This document shows positions 36,835 to 46,210 of a stretch of DNA of 46,978 bases, one piece after another; the first letter of the stretch is position 1, and every line of letters begins with the position of its first letter. The DNA is taken from NCBI GenBank assembly GCA_040219255.1, contig JAVJSW010000003.1:1-46978 (forward strand), written 5' to 3'. Below the pieces are notes generated by a model, which did no database searches, was not told the origin of the DNA, and saw nothing but the letters and a program-made list of their open reading frames with translations. Position numbers and translations under genes: made by a program. This DNA comes from Sumerlaeia bacterium. GTDB lineage: Bacteria > Sumerlaeota > Sumerlaeia > SLMS01 > JAHLLQ01.

Positions 36835-37494
36835 ATGGATTGGCGTCCTCTTTTCGTTTCCCTCCAGGTCGGCCTCGTCAGTACCGCCATCGCGCTCCTT
36901 CTGGGCGCGGCGCTGGGGGCGTGGCTGGCGCACCGCAGCACCCGCTGGACCGGCGCCCTGGTGCTGCTGCCGCTCGTTCTGCCGCCCACCGTGCTGGGCT
37001 ATTACCTGCTGGTGCTGATCGGCCGCCGGGGGCCGGTGGGCCAGCTCTACGAAGCCCTTACCGGCCAGCCCCTCGTCTTCACCCTCAAGGCCGCCGTCAT
37101 CGCCGCCTGCGCCGCCACGATCCCCATCGTCGCGCGTCAGCTCGCCGCCGCCTTCGCCGAGATCCCCCACGAGGTCAAGGAAGCCGCCCGTATCGACGGC
37201 GCCGGCGGGCTCTCGATGTTTCTCTGGATTCAACTGCCGCTGATCCGGGGCCCTATCGCCGCCGCTGCGGCCATCGCTTTCGCCCGGGCCGTGGGCGATT
37301 TCGGCACGACCCTGATGGTCGCCGGCAACATCCCGGGCCGGACCCAGACGGCCTCCATCGCGATCTACGACCTGATCAACGCGGGCAAGGACGATCAAGC
37401 GGTGGTCCTCGTGGTGGCGATCAGCGTCGTCGCGCTGGCGGTGTTGGCGCTGGCGGGCGGACGGGCCGAGGGAACCCGCACGAAGTCCGCCTGA
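36835..37494 (+). CDS. modB: Molybdate ABC transporter permease
   Basis: LPLVLPPTVLGYYLL, EAARIDGA, FARAVGDFG.TLMVAGNIPGRTQT; GAGGA RBS. Confidence 0.93.
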   Translation: MDWRPLFVSLQVGLVSTAIALLLGAALGAWLAHRSTRWTGALVLLPLVLPPTVLGYYLLVLIGRRGPVGQLYEALTGQPLVFTLKAAVIAACAATIPIVARQLAAAFAEIPHEVKEAARIDGAGGLSMFLWIQLPLIRGPIAAAAAIAFARAVGDFGTTLMVAGNIPGRTQTASIAIYDLINAGKDDQAVVLVVAISVVALAVLALAGGRAEGTRTKSA

Positions 37495-37619
37495 AGATTT
37501 CGCCCGCTCCAAAGCCACTTCTTCCCCGCTCGCGCTTGACCCCTCGGGCGCCGGGATGGTTCAAGCGCATCATTCACCCCGAGGGCCCATCGGCCCGCCC
37601 CACCCGAGGACCTCTTTTT

Positions 37620-38849
37620 ATGACAAATCGCATCGCCTCCCTTTGGCTCATTCCTGTTCTGGCCTTTGTCACTTTTCTGGCCGGTTGCGGCGGCGGGGCA
37701 GACTCCGCCGGCGACGGCGCCGACTCCGCCTCCCGGCCCGTCGTGATCGGCCTCGCCGCCCCCTTCACCGGCCGCAGCGCCGCCCAGGGCAAGCAGATGG
37801 AATACGGCGTCAAAGCCGCCATCGCGGAAATCAACGAGAATGGCGGTCTCGGCGGCCAACCGGTCGAACTCCTCTCTCAGGACGACGAAAGCCGCCCCGA
37901 CACCGCCGCCCAGGTCGCCCAGCGCTTTGTCAACAATCCCGACGTGGCGGTCGTCATCGGCCACTTCAACTCGAGTTGCTCCATCGCCGGCAGTGAAATC
38001 TACAACGCCGCCGAAATGCTCCAAATCACCCCCGCCTCCACCAACCCGGACGTGACCATCGGCAAACCCTGGACTTACCGGAACATTTTCAACGACATCT
38101 TCCAGGGCCAAACCCTCGCGGACTACGCCAGCAAACGCCTGGGCCACACCAAGGCCGCCGTGCTCTACGAGAACGACAGCTACGGCAAGGGCCTCTACGA
38201 CTACTTCAAAGCGCGCGCCGCCGAGAACGGTCTCGAGCTGACCAGCGAAATGTCCTATGAAACCGAAACCACCGACTTCCGCCCGCTCCTGACCCAGGTC
38301 AAGGACGGCGATCCGGAAATCCTGGTCGTCTGTGGCCTCTATCGCGCCGGTGGCCAGATCGCCGCCCAGGCGGCCGAGTTGGGAATCAAACTTCCCATTA
38401 TCGGCGGCGACGGCCTCCTGTCCGACGACCTCATTTCCATCGGCGGCGAACCGACGGAAGGCCTCTACGTGACGGCCCCCTTCCTCTTCGAACTGGCCGG
38501 CGATCGCGGCGAAGCCTTCGCCGCCCGCGTCCGCAAGCAGTCTGGCGTCGAGCCCGACGCCTGGGCCGCCCTCGCTTACGACGCCATGATGTTGGTCAAC
38601 GACGCTGTGGAGAACCACGGCGTGGCGGTGGACTCCAAGGCCATCCGCGACCACCTGAAGACCATCGACTCCGAAGAAGTGGCCTTCGACGGCCTGACCG
38701 GACTGACCTACTTCGATGAAAACGGCGATTGCCTCAAGCCCGTCCAGATCGCCCAGGTTCGCGACGGCAAGTTCCAGGCGGCTCCGATCCAGATGACCGA
38801 CGAACTGACCGAAGCCCTGAAGAGCGACAGCGAGGGCGCTGCCGAGTGA
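37620..38849 (+). CDS. Branched-chain amino-acid ABC substrate-binding lipoprotein (LivK/LivJ-like)
   Basis: Lipobox LAGC, IGLAAPFTG, EINENGGLGG, VIGHFNS, QITPASTNP, FDGLTG...FDENGD. Confidence 0.9.
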   Translation: MTNRIASLWLIPVLAFVTFLAGCGGGADSAGDGADSASRPVVIGLAAPFTGRSAAQGKQMEYGVKAAIAEINENGGLGGQPVELLSQDDESRPDTAAQVAQRFVNNPDVAVVIGHFNSSCSIAGSEIYNAAEMLQITPASTNPDVTIGKPWTYRNIFNDIFQGQTLADYASKRLGHTKAAVLYENDSYGKGLYDYFKARAAENGLELTSEMSYETETTDFRPLLTQVKDGDPEILVVCGLYRAGGQIAAQAAELGIKLPIIGGDGLLSDDLISIGGEPTEGLYVTAPFLFELAGDRGEAFAARVRKQSGVEPDAWAALAYDAMMLVNDAVENHGVAVDSKAIRDHLKTIDSEEVAFDGLTGLTYFDENGDCLKPVQIAQVRDGKFQAAPIQMTDELTEALKSDSEGAAE

Positions 38850-40234
38850 CCTCCGGCGCCGCCGACCCGCAAGCCATCCCGGCCCCAGCCGATCCCGCCG
38901 CTCCCCAGCCTGTACGCCCAAGGCCGCTCTGGCTCCGGTGGCTTGGCGATTGGTGGGCGCTGGTGGCGCTGGCACTCTTCTGCCTCTTTCTGATCCTCAA
39001 TGTCGGCTTCGAAAAATTCCTCGAGTACCTCCTTCTCGGCCTGCCCCAGGGCGGCATCATCGCCCTGATCGCCATCGGGTACTCGATGGTTTATGGCATC
39101 ATCCAACTGATCAATTTCGCCCACGGCGAGATCTTCATGTTCACCGCCTACATGATGCTGCTGTTCCTGCTGCCGCTCGGCGGGGGAGACGCGGCCTTCG
39201 CCAGCCTGCAGACGCCCTCCGTCGTCTTCGCGGTGCTGCTGGCGGGATGCGCCGCGGTGTCGGTGTGGACGCTCGTGTCGGACCGGCTGCGGGCGCTTCC
39301 GCTCCGCGCGGCGGTCAGCGTGGCCGCCGGGGTGGCCGCGGGATTCCTTTTCATCCTGTGTTTTCGCATGGCCATCCCGTTCTGGATCGCCCTGGCGCTG
39401 GTCACGGCGTTCAGTCCGGTGCTTGGCATCACGATGGACACGCTGGCCTACAAGCCCCTGCGCCACTCGCCCCGGCTGGTTCCGCTCATCACCGCCATCG
39501 GCATGTCGTTCATGCTGCAGAACCTGGCCCAGCTGATCTTCTCGGCCCAGACCCGGGAAATCGGTCCCACCATGATCCCCGGCTGGCTTCGCGCCCAGGC
39601 TCCCCCCGAAACCACGGTGTCCTGGTGGACCGCCTTGACGGATTACGGGCGCGTCCAGCTCTTCGGCGATTTGACCGTCCCGCTCATCAACGTCGTCATC
39701 GTCGGTCTCGCGGTGGTCATGATGATCGGCGTGGATACGTTTGTCCGGAGGAGCAAGACGGGCCGCGCCATGCGGGCCTGCGCCCTCGACCAGACCACCG
39801 CCAAGCTTGTCGGCATCAACGTCAACTTCACCGTCGCCATGACCTTCGCGGTCGGCTCCGCTCTGGCCGCCATCGCGGCGCCCTTTTTCGTCATCAAGTA
39901 CAGCTCCATCGAACCCACCATGGGCTACATCGTGGGCGTGCTGGCCTTCGCCTCGGCCGTTCTGGGCGGCATTGGCAACATCCGCGGAGCGATGCTCGGC
40001 GGGTTCGCCATCGGAATTATCTACAACTTCGTGCCGCTCTTCGAGAGGCTCGACAACTGGGCCATGATCGAGTGGCTCGCCAGCCTCCCCGCCTTCGCGG
40101 ACGTCGAGAACTGGAACAAACTCCAGGGCATCACCCAATGGCGCCTCGGCGTCGCCTATCTGTTCATGATCCTGGTCATTATCTTCAAACCGACGGGCCT
40201 GCTGGGCCAGGCCGCAGCCAGCCAGCGGGCCTGA
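38846..40234 (+). CDS. livH: Branched-chain amino-acid ABC permease (LivH-like, extended)
   Basis: ALIAIGYSMVYGIIQLINFAHGE, LITAIG.S..LQN, GRAMRA, AF.SAVLGGIGNI.GA, KPTGLLG. GTGA overlap. Confidence 0.85.
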   Translation: MTSGAADPQAIPAPADPAAPQPVRPRPLWLRWLGDWWALVALALFCLFLILNVGFEKFLEYLLLGLPQGGIIALIAIGYSMVYGIIQLINFAHGEIFMFTAYMMLLFLLPLGGGDAAFASLQTPSVVFAVLLAGCAAVSVWTLVSDRLRALPLRAAVSVAAGVAAGFLFILCFRMAIPFWIALALVTAFSPVLGITMDTLAYKPLRHSPRLVPLITAIGMSFMLQNLAQLIFSAQTREIGPTMIPGWLRAQAPPETTVSWWTALTDYGRVQLFGDLTVPLINVVIVGLAVVMMIGVDTFVRRSKTGRAMRACALDQTTAKLVGINVNFTVAMTFAVGSALAAIAAPFFVIKYSSIEPTMGYIVGVLAFASAVLGGIGNIRGAMLGGFAIGIIYNFVPLFERLDNWAMIEWLASLPAFADVENWNKLQGITQWRLGVAYLFMILVIIFKPTGLLGQAAASQRA

Positions 40235-40269
40235 GAGTGGTGCGAATAGGCCGGGAAATGCGGCCCGCA

Positions 40270-40320
40270 TTTCGCTAACTGTTTGACTGACGAATGTTTC
40301 GGTTGCTTAACTAATAGGCT
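40270..40320. promoter_or_regulatory. AT-rich putative promoter/MarR operator region
   Basis: TTGACT at 40283 and imperfect GCT(T)AACT repeats upstream of marR; no clean palindrome. Confidence 0.25.
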
Positions 40321-40362
40321 GCCGGTCATTCTCCCGACCACTTCAGCACGCGAGGCCCCGCT

Positions 40363-40893
40363 TTGGCTCATTCCAGTCCCGGCAGCAGCAACACTCCAGC
40401 GATCTCGCTTTCGGACGAACAGCGCGAAAAGCTGCACGTGATTTACAGCACGTGCCTGCGGATTCGCGAGCACATCCTTCGCGGAGAAATGCCCGAGCAG
40501 GCCTGGAAAGGGTCGAATGAGCCCACCGTGGCTCAGGTGCGCACGCTCCTCGTGCTCAACCGCGTCGGGCCCTGCACGCTCAAGACCCTGGCCCAGGCTC
40601 TCGACGTCAGCGGCGCCTCCGCCTCCGCCATGGTCGACAAACTGGTCGAGGCGGGCTATGTGCTCCGCGCCCAGGACCCCGCCGATCGCCGCCGGGTGAC
40701 CCTGCAACTCACCGAGGATGCCCACAAGCGCGTCTCCTGCCACGAGTGTTTCGTCGAGGACCACTTCAGGGAGTTGGTGTCGCGCATCGGCGACGACTGC
40801 GTAAACAAGTGGGTCGAAGTGTCGCTGCGAATCCGCGAAGTGCTCGACGAATTGTCCAACGAGCGCGGCCACGAGACGGTCGAAGAGGAGTGA
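40363..40893 (+). CDS. MarR family transcriptional regulator
   Basis: TVAQVRTL..L, TLKTLAQAL.VS..SAS.MVDKLVEAGYV.R..DPADRR...LT. Confidence 0.9.
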   Translation: MAHSSPGSSNTPAISLSDEQREKLHVIYSTCLRIREHILRGEMPEQAWKGSNEPTVAQVRTLLVLNRVGPCTLKTLAQALDVSGASASAMVDKLVEAGYVLRAQDPADRRRVTLQLTEDAHKRVSCHECFVEDHFRELVSRIGDDCVNKWVEVSLRIREVLDELSNERGHETVEEE

Positions 40894-40957
40894 CTCTTCC
40901 CCGCCCTGAAGCTTTCGAACGTTATTTCTCCGTTTTTTATCCTTAGGAGTTATCTTT

Positions 40958-42331
40958 ATGTCCACCGAACAGGAAGATCCCGACGCTCCGGAACCCCGGC
41001 GTCCATTGCTCCTCCGCGCCGTCTTAGTGGTGGCGGTGCTTCTTTTCGGCCTGGGGGCGATGCAGGGGCTGGCACTCATGCGCCATGAACCGCCGAAGAC
41101 CGAGGTCCCCGAGCCGGTGCTCCGCGCACAAGGCCAGCTTCTCGAACCCACCTCCCTCGAGGCGGTCCTCCGGGGCTACGGCACTGCCCGCCCCCGCCGC
41201 ATCGTCTCCATCGCCCCAGAGGTCGGCGGGGAAGTGATCGCCGTGCACCCGCGTCTGGATACCGGTGAAATCATCGCCGAGGGCGAACTCCTGTTCCAGA
41301 TCGACCCCGAAGACTATCGCATCGCGGTGGCCGAAGCGGAAGCCGATGTGGCCCGCGCCGAGGCCGATCTGGTACAAATCGAACGCGAGGAGGCCAACAC
41401 GGAACGCCGCCTCGAAGTGGCCCGGGAAGCCGTCGAGCTGGCCCGGCGCGAGAAAAACCGCGTCGAAGAACTGGTCAACCGCGGCGGCGTCGAGAGCGGC
41501 GCCCGTCTCGATGCCGCCCGGCTCGCGCTCAATCGCGAGGAGCTGGCTCTGGTCGGTTTGGAAAACACCCTCGCACTCATTCCGGCGCAGCGTCAGCAGC
41601 TCCAGGCTCAACTGCGCGCTTCCCGCTCCCGGCTGGATCGGGCCCAGCGGAACTTGGCCCGCGCGGATGTGCGCGCCCCCTTCACCGGCCGCCTCGGCGA
41701 AGTCATGGTCGAGGCGGGCCAAATCGTGACGGCTCAGCAACCGGCGCTTCAGATGGCGGACGACTCGATCCTCGAAATCCCCGTCGATCTGGACTCCCGC
41801 GAAGTCGCCCGTTGGCTCGAATTCGATGAGTCGCCCCTGGACGCCAACTGGTTTGGCGAACCCCGCGCCAGGGACGTGAAGGTGTCCTGGACGGAAAACG
41901 TGGAGGGTCAACCCTATGAGGGCAATCTCGCGCGCGTTGAAGCCTACGACCCGGACACCCGCACCTTCACCCTGATCGTCGAGGTCGACGGCCGCGGCAA
42001 AGCCCACACCTTCCCCCTGGCGGAGGGCATGTTCACCCAGGTCGCCATCACCGGCAAGACGCTGCCGGAAGTCTTCGCCATCCCCCGCGAAGCCATCGAC
42101 AGCCGCCAGCAGGTCCTTGTCCTGCGCGACGTGGAAACCACCGAAGGCGAAATCGAGGGCCGTATCCACACCCAGGCCGTCGAAATCGCCCGCTACCAGG
42201 GCGGCCTCGCCTACGTGGCGCAGGGCCTCGAAGCCGGCGACGTGGTGCTGGTCACCCGGCCTCCCAAGGTCCTCGACGGCACCCTGGTGTCCGTGACGCT
42301 GGCCGGCTCCCCCGCGCCCCAGGGTTCGTAA
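40958..42331 (+). CDS. RND efflux periplasmic adaptor (MFP)
   Basis: N-terminal TM, PEVGGEVI, GELLFQIDP.DY, coiled hairpin, VRAPFTG, DPDTRT, GMF. Confidence 0.92.
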   Translation: MSTEQEDPDAPEPRRPLLLRAVLVVAVLLFGLGAMQGLALMRHEPPKTEVPEPVLRAQGQLLEPTSLEAVLRGYGTARPRRIVSIAPEVGGEVIAVHPRLDTGEIIAEGELLFQIDPEDYRIAVAEAEADVARAEADLVQIEREEANTERRLEVAREAVELARREKNRVEELVNRGGVESGARLDAARLALNREELALVGLENTLALIPAQRQQLQAQLRASRSRLDRAQRNLARADVRAPFTGRLGEVMVEAGQIVTAQQPALQMADDSILEIPVDLDSREVARWLEFDESPLDANWFGEPRARDVKVSWTENVEGQPYEGNLARVEAYDPDTRTFTLIVEVDGRGKAHTFPLAEGMFTQVAITGKTLPEVFAIPREAIDSRQQVLVLRDVETTEGEIEGRIHTQAVEIARYQGGLAYVAQGLEAGDVVLVTRPPKVLDGTLVSVTLAGSPAPQGS

Positions 42332-42376
42332 ACCGATCCTTCCCTCTCCCAGGCAAGCTCCTCAAAGGCTGATCTC

Positions 42377-45300
42377 ATGAGATCTTTTGTCCGCTATTGT
42401 GTCGGTAATCCCGTCTTCGTGAACGTCCTCATGTTCCTCGTGCTGGTCTCGGGGCTCGGTTCGCTGGGGATGATGATCCGCGAAGTGCTCCCCTCCTTCA
42501 AGGTCGAGCAGATCGAAGTGCAGGTGCCCTATCCCGGCGCCGGCCCGGAAGAAGTCGAGGAAGGCATCATCCTCAAAATCGAGGAAGCCATCCAGGGCAT
42601 CGACGGCATCAAGAAGTACAATACCTTCAGTCAGGAAGGTCTTGGCGTCGCGATGATCGACGTGATCCAGGGCTACGACGTGCAGCAGGTCAAAGACCGC
42701 ATCGCCGACCGGGTCAATGCCATCGACTCCTTTCCCGACGACGCCGAGCGCCCGATCGTGTCCGAGTTGCTCATCAAGCGCGACACCCTCGCCGTCGCCG
42801 TCACCGGCGATGTGCCCGAGCGCCAGCTCAAGGAGCTGGCGGAGGAAATCAAAGACGACCTGTTGCAGCTCGACGACGTGTCCCAGGTCGCCATCATGGG
42901 AGCCCGCGAGTACGAAATCAGCATCGAAGTCTCCGAGGAAACGCTGCGGCGTTTCGGCCTGACCTTCAACGACGTACGCCAGGCGGTCGCCCAGGCCAGC
43001 CAGAACGTTCCCGGCGGCGAGCTGCGCGGCGAAGGCGAGCGCATAAAGATCCGCACCATGGGCCGCCGCTACACCGGCAAGGAATTCGAAGACATCGTGG
43101 TCGTGACCCGGCCCGACGGCACGGCCATCACACTCGATCAGATCGCCACAATCCGCGACGGCTTCACCGAAGACCCGATCATCTCGACCTACGAAGACCG
43201 CCCGGCGGTGACGCTGATCGTTTACACGAACGACGGCGAGGACGCCCTCGACGTCGTTTCGGCGACCTACGAGTACATCGAACGCCGCAACGCCGAGCTT
43301 CCCCCCACGATCCAGATCGAAACCTGGGCCGACGCCGCCGATCTGATCAACCAGCGCATCGACCTCCTGGTGCGCAATGGCGTCGCCGGCCTGATTCTGG
43401 TCTTCCTCAGCCTGTGGCTGTTCCTCGATCTGCGCCTGTCGTTCTGGGTCACATTGGGCATTCCCATCTCCCTCACCGGAGCGCTGGCGCTGATGTATAC
43501 CTTCGATCAGAGCATCAACATGATCTCGCTCTTCGCGATGATTATGGTGCTCGGCATCATCGTGGACGACGCCATCGTGGTGGGCGAAGCCATCTACGTC
43601 CACCGGCGCATGGGCCAAGGCCCCTTCGAAGCCGCCGTCAATGGCACCATGGAAGTCGCCATGCCCGTCGTGGCCGCGGTGACGACCACCTGCTTCGCCT
43701 TCGCACCCCTGCTGTTCATCTCGGGCGTGATGGGCAAATTCATCGCCGTGATTCCCCTCGTCGTCATCAGCGCCCTGCTCATCTCCTTGATCGAAGGCCT
43801 TATCATCCTGCCTTCGCACCTGCGGGATTTGCCGGCGAACGTCGGCGACGAAAAAATCCCCCGCGGCATCCTTGGCTTGCCGGCCCGGCTGCGACGTCGC
43901 GTGGCCCATGGGCTCGAGACCTTCGTCGAAAAAGTTTACCGCCCCTTCATCGGCTGGGTACTCAGTTGGCGCTACGTTTCGCTCGCCGCCATGTTCGCCG
44001 TGCTCTTCATCACCTTCGGCCTGATTCGGGGCGGCTTCGCCAGCTTCGTCTTCTTCCCCGACATCGACACCTCCTGGATTGGCGCCCAGGTCGAGTTCCC
44101 TGACGGCACGCCCCTTGAGCGCAGCCAGGAGGCAGTCGAGCGCCTCGAGAACGGCCTGCTCGCCGCCGCCAAGCGCCCCGAAGCCCAGCCCAACGACCCG
44201 GACAAGGACACCATCGTCAAGTCCCTGGAGGTCAACGCCGGAGCCATTTTCGGGATGGACTCGGGATTCAGTTCCGCCGCCGGCAGCCACGTCGGTGAAG
44301 TCCGCGTCGAGCTGGTCGATTCGGAGGAACGCAGCATTTACTTCCGAAACTTCCTGCGCATGTGGGAAGAAGAAACCGGACCCATCGCCGGCGCCGTCTC
44401 GGTCAACTACTACGGCGCCAGTGGCGGTCCTCCTGGAAAGCCCATCGAAGTCTGGCTTCTCGGCGAAGACCTCGACCGCCTTGTCGCCGCGGCGGACGCG
44501 CTCGTGCTCGAGCTGTCGGAGTTCGACGGAGTCTATCAGGCGGAGCACGACTTCCGCGCCGGAAAACGCGAACTGCGCGCCCGCCTCAAGCCCGAAGCCC
44601 GAAGCCTCGGTCTTACCAACGACATGCTCGCCCAGCAGCTTCGCACCGGCTACTACGGCGACGAAGTGCTCCGCGTGCAGCGCGGCAGCGATGAGGTCAA
44701 GGTCTGGGTCCGCTACGAGCAGGACGAACGCAAAAGCCTCGAAGACCTCGGCCGCATCCGCATCCGAACCCCCGGCGGCCAGCCTGTCCCCATCGCCACC
44801 GTCGCCGATCTCTCGATCGAGGAAGGCTACACCACCATCCGCCGCAAAGACGGCGTCCGCCGCGTGGCCGTCACCGCCGAGGTCGATACCAACGTCATCA
44901 CTCCCGATGAAGTCATGCAGTCCCTGATCGACGCCGGCAGGGAAGACGATCCCGAAGATGGCGGCTTCCTCGCCCGCCTCGCCACCGAATTCCCTTCGGT
45001 CGGTTACAGCCTGGAGGGCAAGCAGCGCGAGCAGGCCGAATCCTTCGCCGGGCTCAAACTCGCCTTCCCCATCGCCATCCTCGGCATCTACCTGATCATC
45101 GCGACGCTCTTCCGCAGTTACGTCCAGCCCATCGTCATCATGATCACCGTGCCCTTTGGCATCATCGGCGCCGTCATCGGCCACATGCTGCTGGGTTACG
45201 AACTGACCATCATGTCCATGTTCGGCCTGGTGGCCCTGACCGGCGTGGTGGTCAATGACGCCATCATCTTCATCGAAGCGGTCAATGAGCGCTTGGCCGA

Positions 45301-45688
45301 CGGCATGTCCTTTCGCGACTCTCTGATCGATGGCGGCGCCCGGCGCTTCCGGCCCATTCTGCTGACCACCATCACCACGGTCGGCGGGCTGCTGCCGCTC
45401 ATGACCGAGAAGTCCATGCAGGCCCAGTTCCTTATCCCCATGGCGCTCTCCATCGCGGCGGGCGTGGCCTTCGCCACCGCACTGACCATCGGCATGGTAC
45501 CCTGTCTTCTCGCTATTCTCAACGATATGCGCCGCGGGGCCTATCGCTTGAAGAATGGACATTGGCCGACCCACGAATTGGTGGAACCGGCGGCGCATCG
45601 CCGCAGCGATCAGGGCCTCGGCGATTCGCCATTGGACACCAATCCGGTCACCGGCGCGCCCGTGCTTCACCGCCCCAACCCAGCCTGA
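42377..45688 (+). CDS. RND efflux permease (AcrB/AcrD/AcrF family)
   Basis: YPGAGPEEVE, GIIVDDAIVVGE, GVVVNDAI, RFRPILLTTITT, PMA; duplicated RND topology. Confidence 0.95.
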   Translation: MRSFVRYCVGNPVFVNVLMFLVLVSGLGSLGMMIREVLPSFKVEQIEVQVPYPGAGPEEVEEGIILKIEEAIQGIDGIKKYNTFSQEGLGVAMIDVIQGYDVQQVKDRIADRVNAIDSFPDDAERPIVSELLIKRDTLAVAVTGDVPERQLKELAEEIKDDLLQLDDVSQVAIMGAREYEISIEVSEETLRRFGLTFNDVRQAVAQASQNVPGGELRGEGERIKIRTMGRRYTGKEFEDIVVVTRPDGTAITLDQIATIRDGFTEDPIISTYEDRPAVTLIVYTNDGEDALDVVSATYEYIERRNAELPPTIQIETWADAADLINQRIDLLVRNGVAGLILVFLSLWLFLDLRLSFWVTLGIPISLTGALALMYTFDQSINMISLFAMIMVLGIIVDDAIVVGEAIYVHRRMGQGPFEAAVNGTMEVAMPVVAAVTTTCFAFAPLLFISGVMGKFIAVIPLVVISALLISLIEGLIILPSHLRDLPANVGDEKIPRGILGLPARLRRRVAHGLETFVEKVYRPFIGWVLSWRYVSLAAMFAVLFITFGLIRGGFASFVFFPDIDTSWIGAQVEFPDGTPLERSQEAVERLENGLLAAAKRPEAQPNDPDKDTIVKSLEVNAGAIFGMDSGFSSAAGSHVGEVRVELVDSEERSIYFRNFLRMWEEETGPIAGAVSVNYYGASGGPPGKPIEVWLLGEDLDRLVAAADALVLELSEFDGVYQAEHDFRAGKRELRARLKPEARSLGLTNDMLAQQLRTGYYGDEVLRVQRGSDEVKVWVRYEQDERKSLEDLGRIRIRTPGGQPVPIATVADLSIEEGYTTIRRKDGVRRVAVTAEVDTNVITPDEVMQSLIDAGREDDPEDGGFLARLATEFPSVGYSLEGKQREQAESFAGLKLAFPIAILGIYLIIATLFRSYVQPIVIMITVPFGIIGAVIGHMLLGYELTIMSMFGLVALTGVVVNDAIIFIEAVNERLADGMSFRDSLIDGGARRFRPILLTTITTVGGLLPLMTEKSMQAQFLIPMALSIAAGVAFATALTIGMVPCLLAILNDMRRGAYRLKNGHWPTHELVEPAAHRRSDQGLGDSPLDTNPVTGAPVLHRPNPA

Positions 45689-46210
45689 GGGCGCTTCGCC
45701 TCTCTCAACGCCATCTTGAGCGGAAGAGAAAAACTCAGCTCAGCCCCCCGTTTTCCCGCTGAAAAATCAGAGGGAAAATGTTCGAAAGGCTCTGATTTCT
45801 AGTAAGTGTTTGCTTGCCAGTGATCTACGAAAAATCGAGGATTTTCCAGGAAGGGAAATCGTCAGGAGCCAGGGCGAAAATCGCGGGAATGCTGTGTCAT
45901 ACAGATTCTTTGATCTCCACCTTTCTTTAGCCCTTCATTTCTTTGTCTTCAGAGGATTTATCCAAAAAATCTCGGGGAAGCGCTCCGCAACTTGCCGAAG
46001 TTTTTCGGGAGGTTTTGTGGGCGTTTTGGAATTCAGCGGGATAAATTGGTTGTCGTCCGCACTATAAAGCGATACATCAAACGTATCCCGAGTGACAAAA
46101 GCGACTTGTTACGCATTCGCGCTTCGTCGCCACTCAAATTCCCACTTTCACTCATTGGTCCCTCGTCTCGCTCAAAAGGTCCCCCAATGAGTATCAGGAG
46201 CATCCTTGCC

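Noticed and set aside
46063-46090. LacI/cre-like operator (ATAAAGCGATACAT; GATAC-N7-GTATC) before the amylase
   Set aside because: The palindrome is too imperfect to call without a regulator or comparative data.
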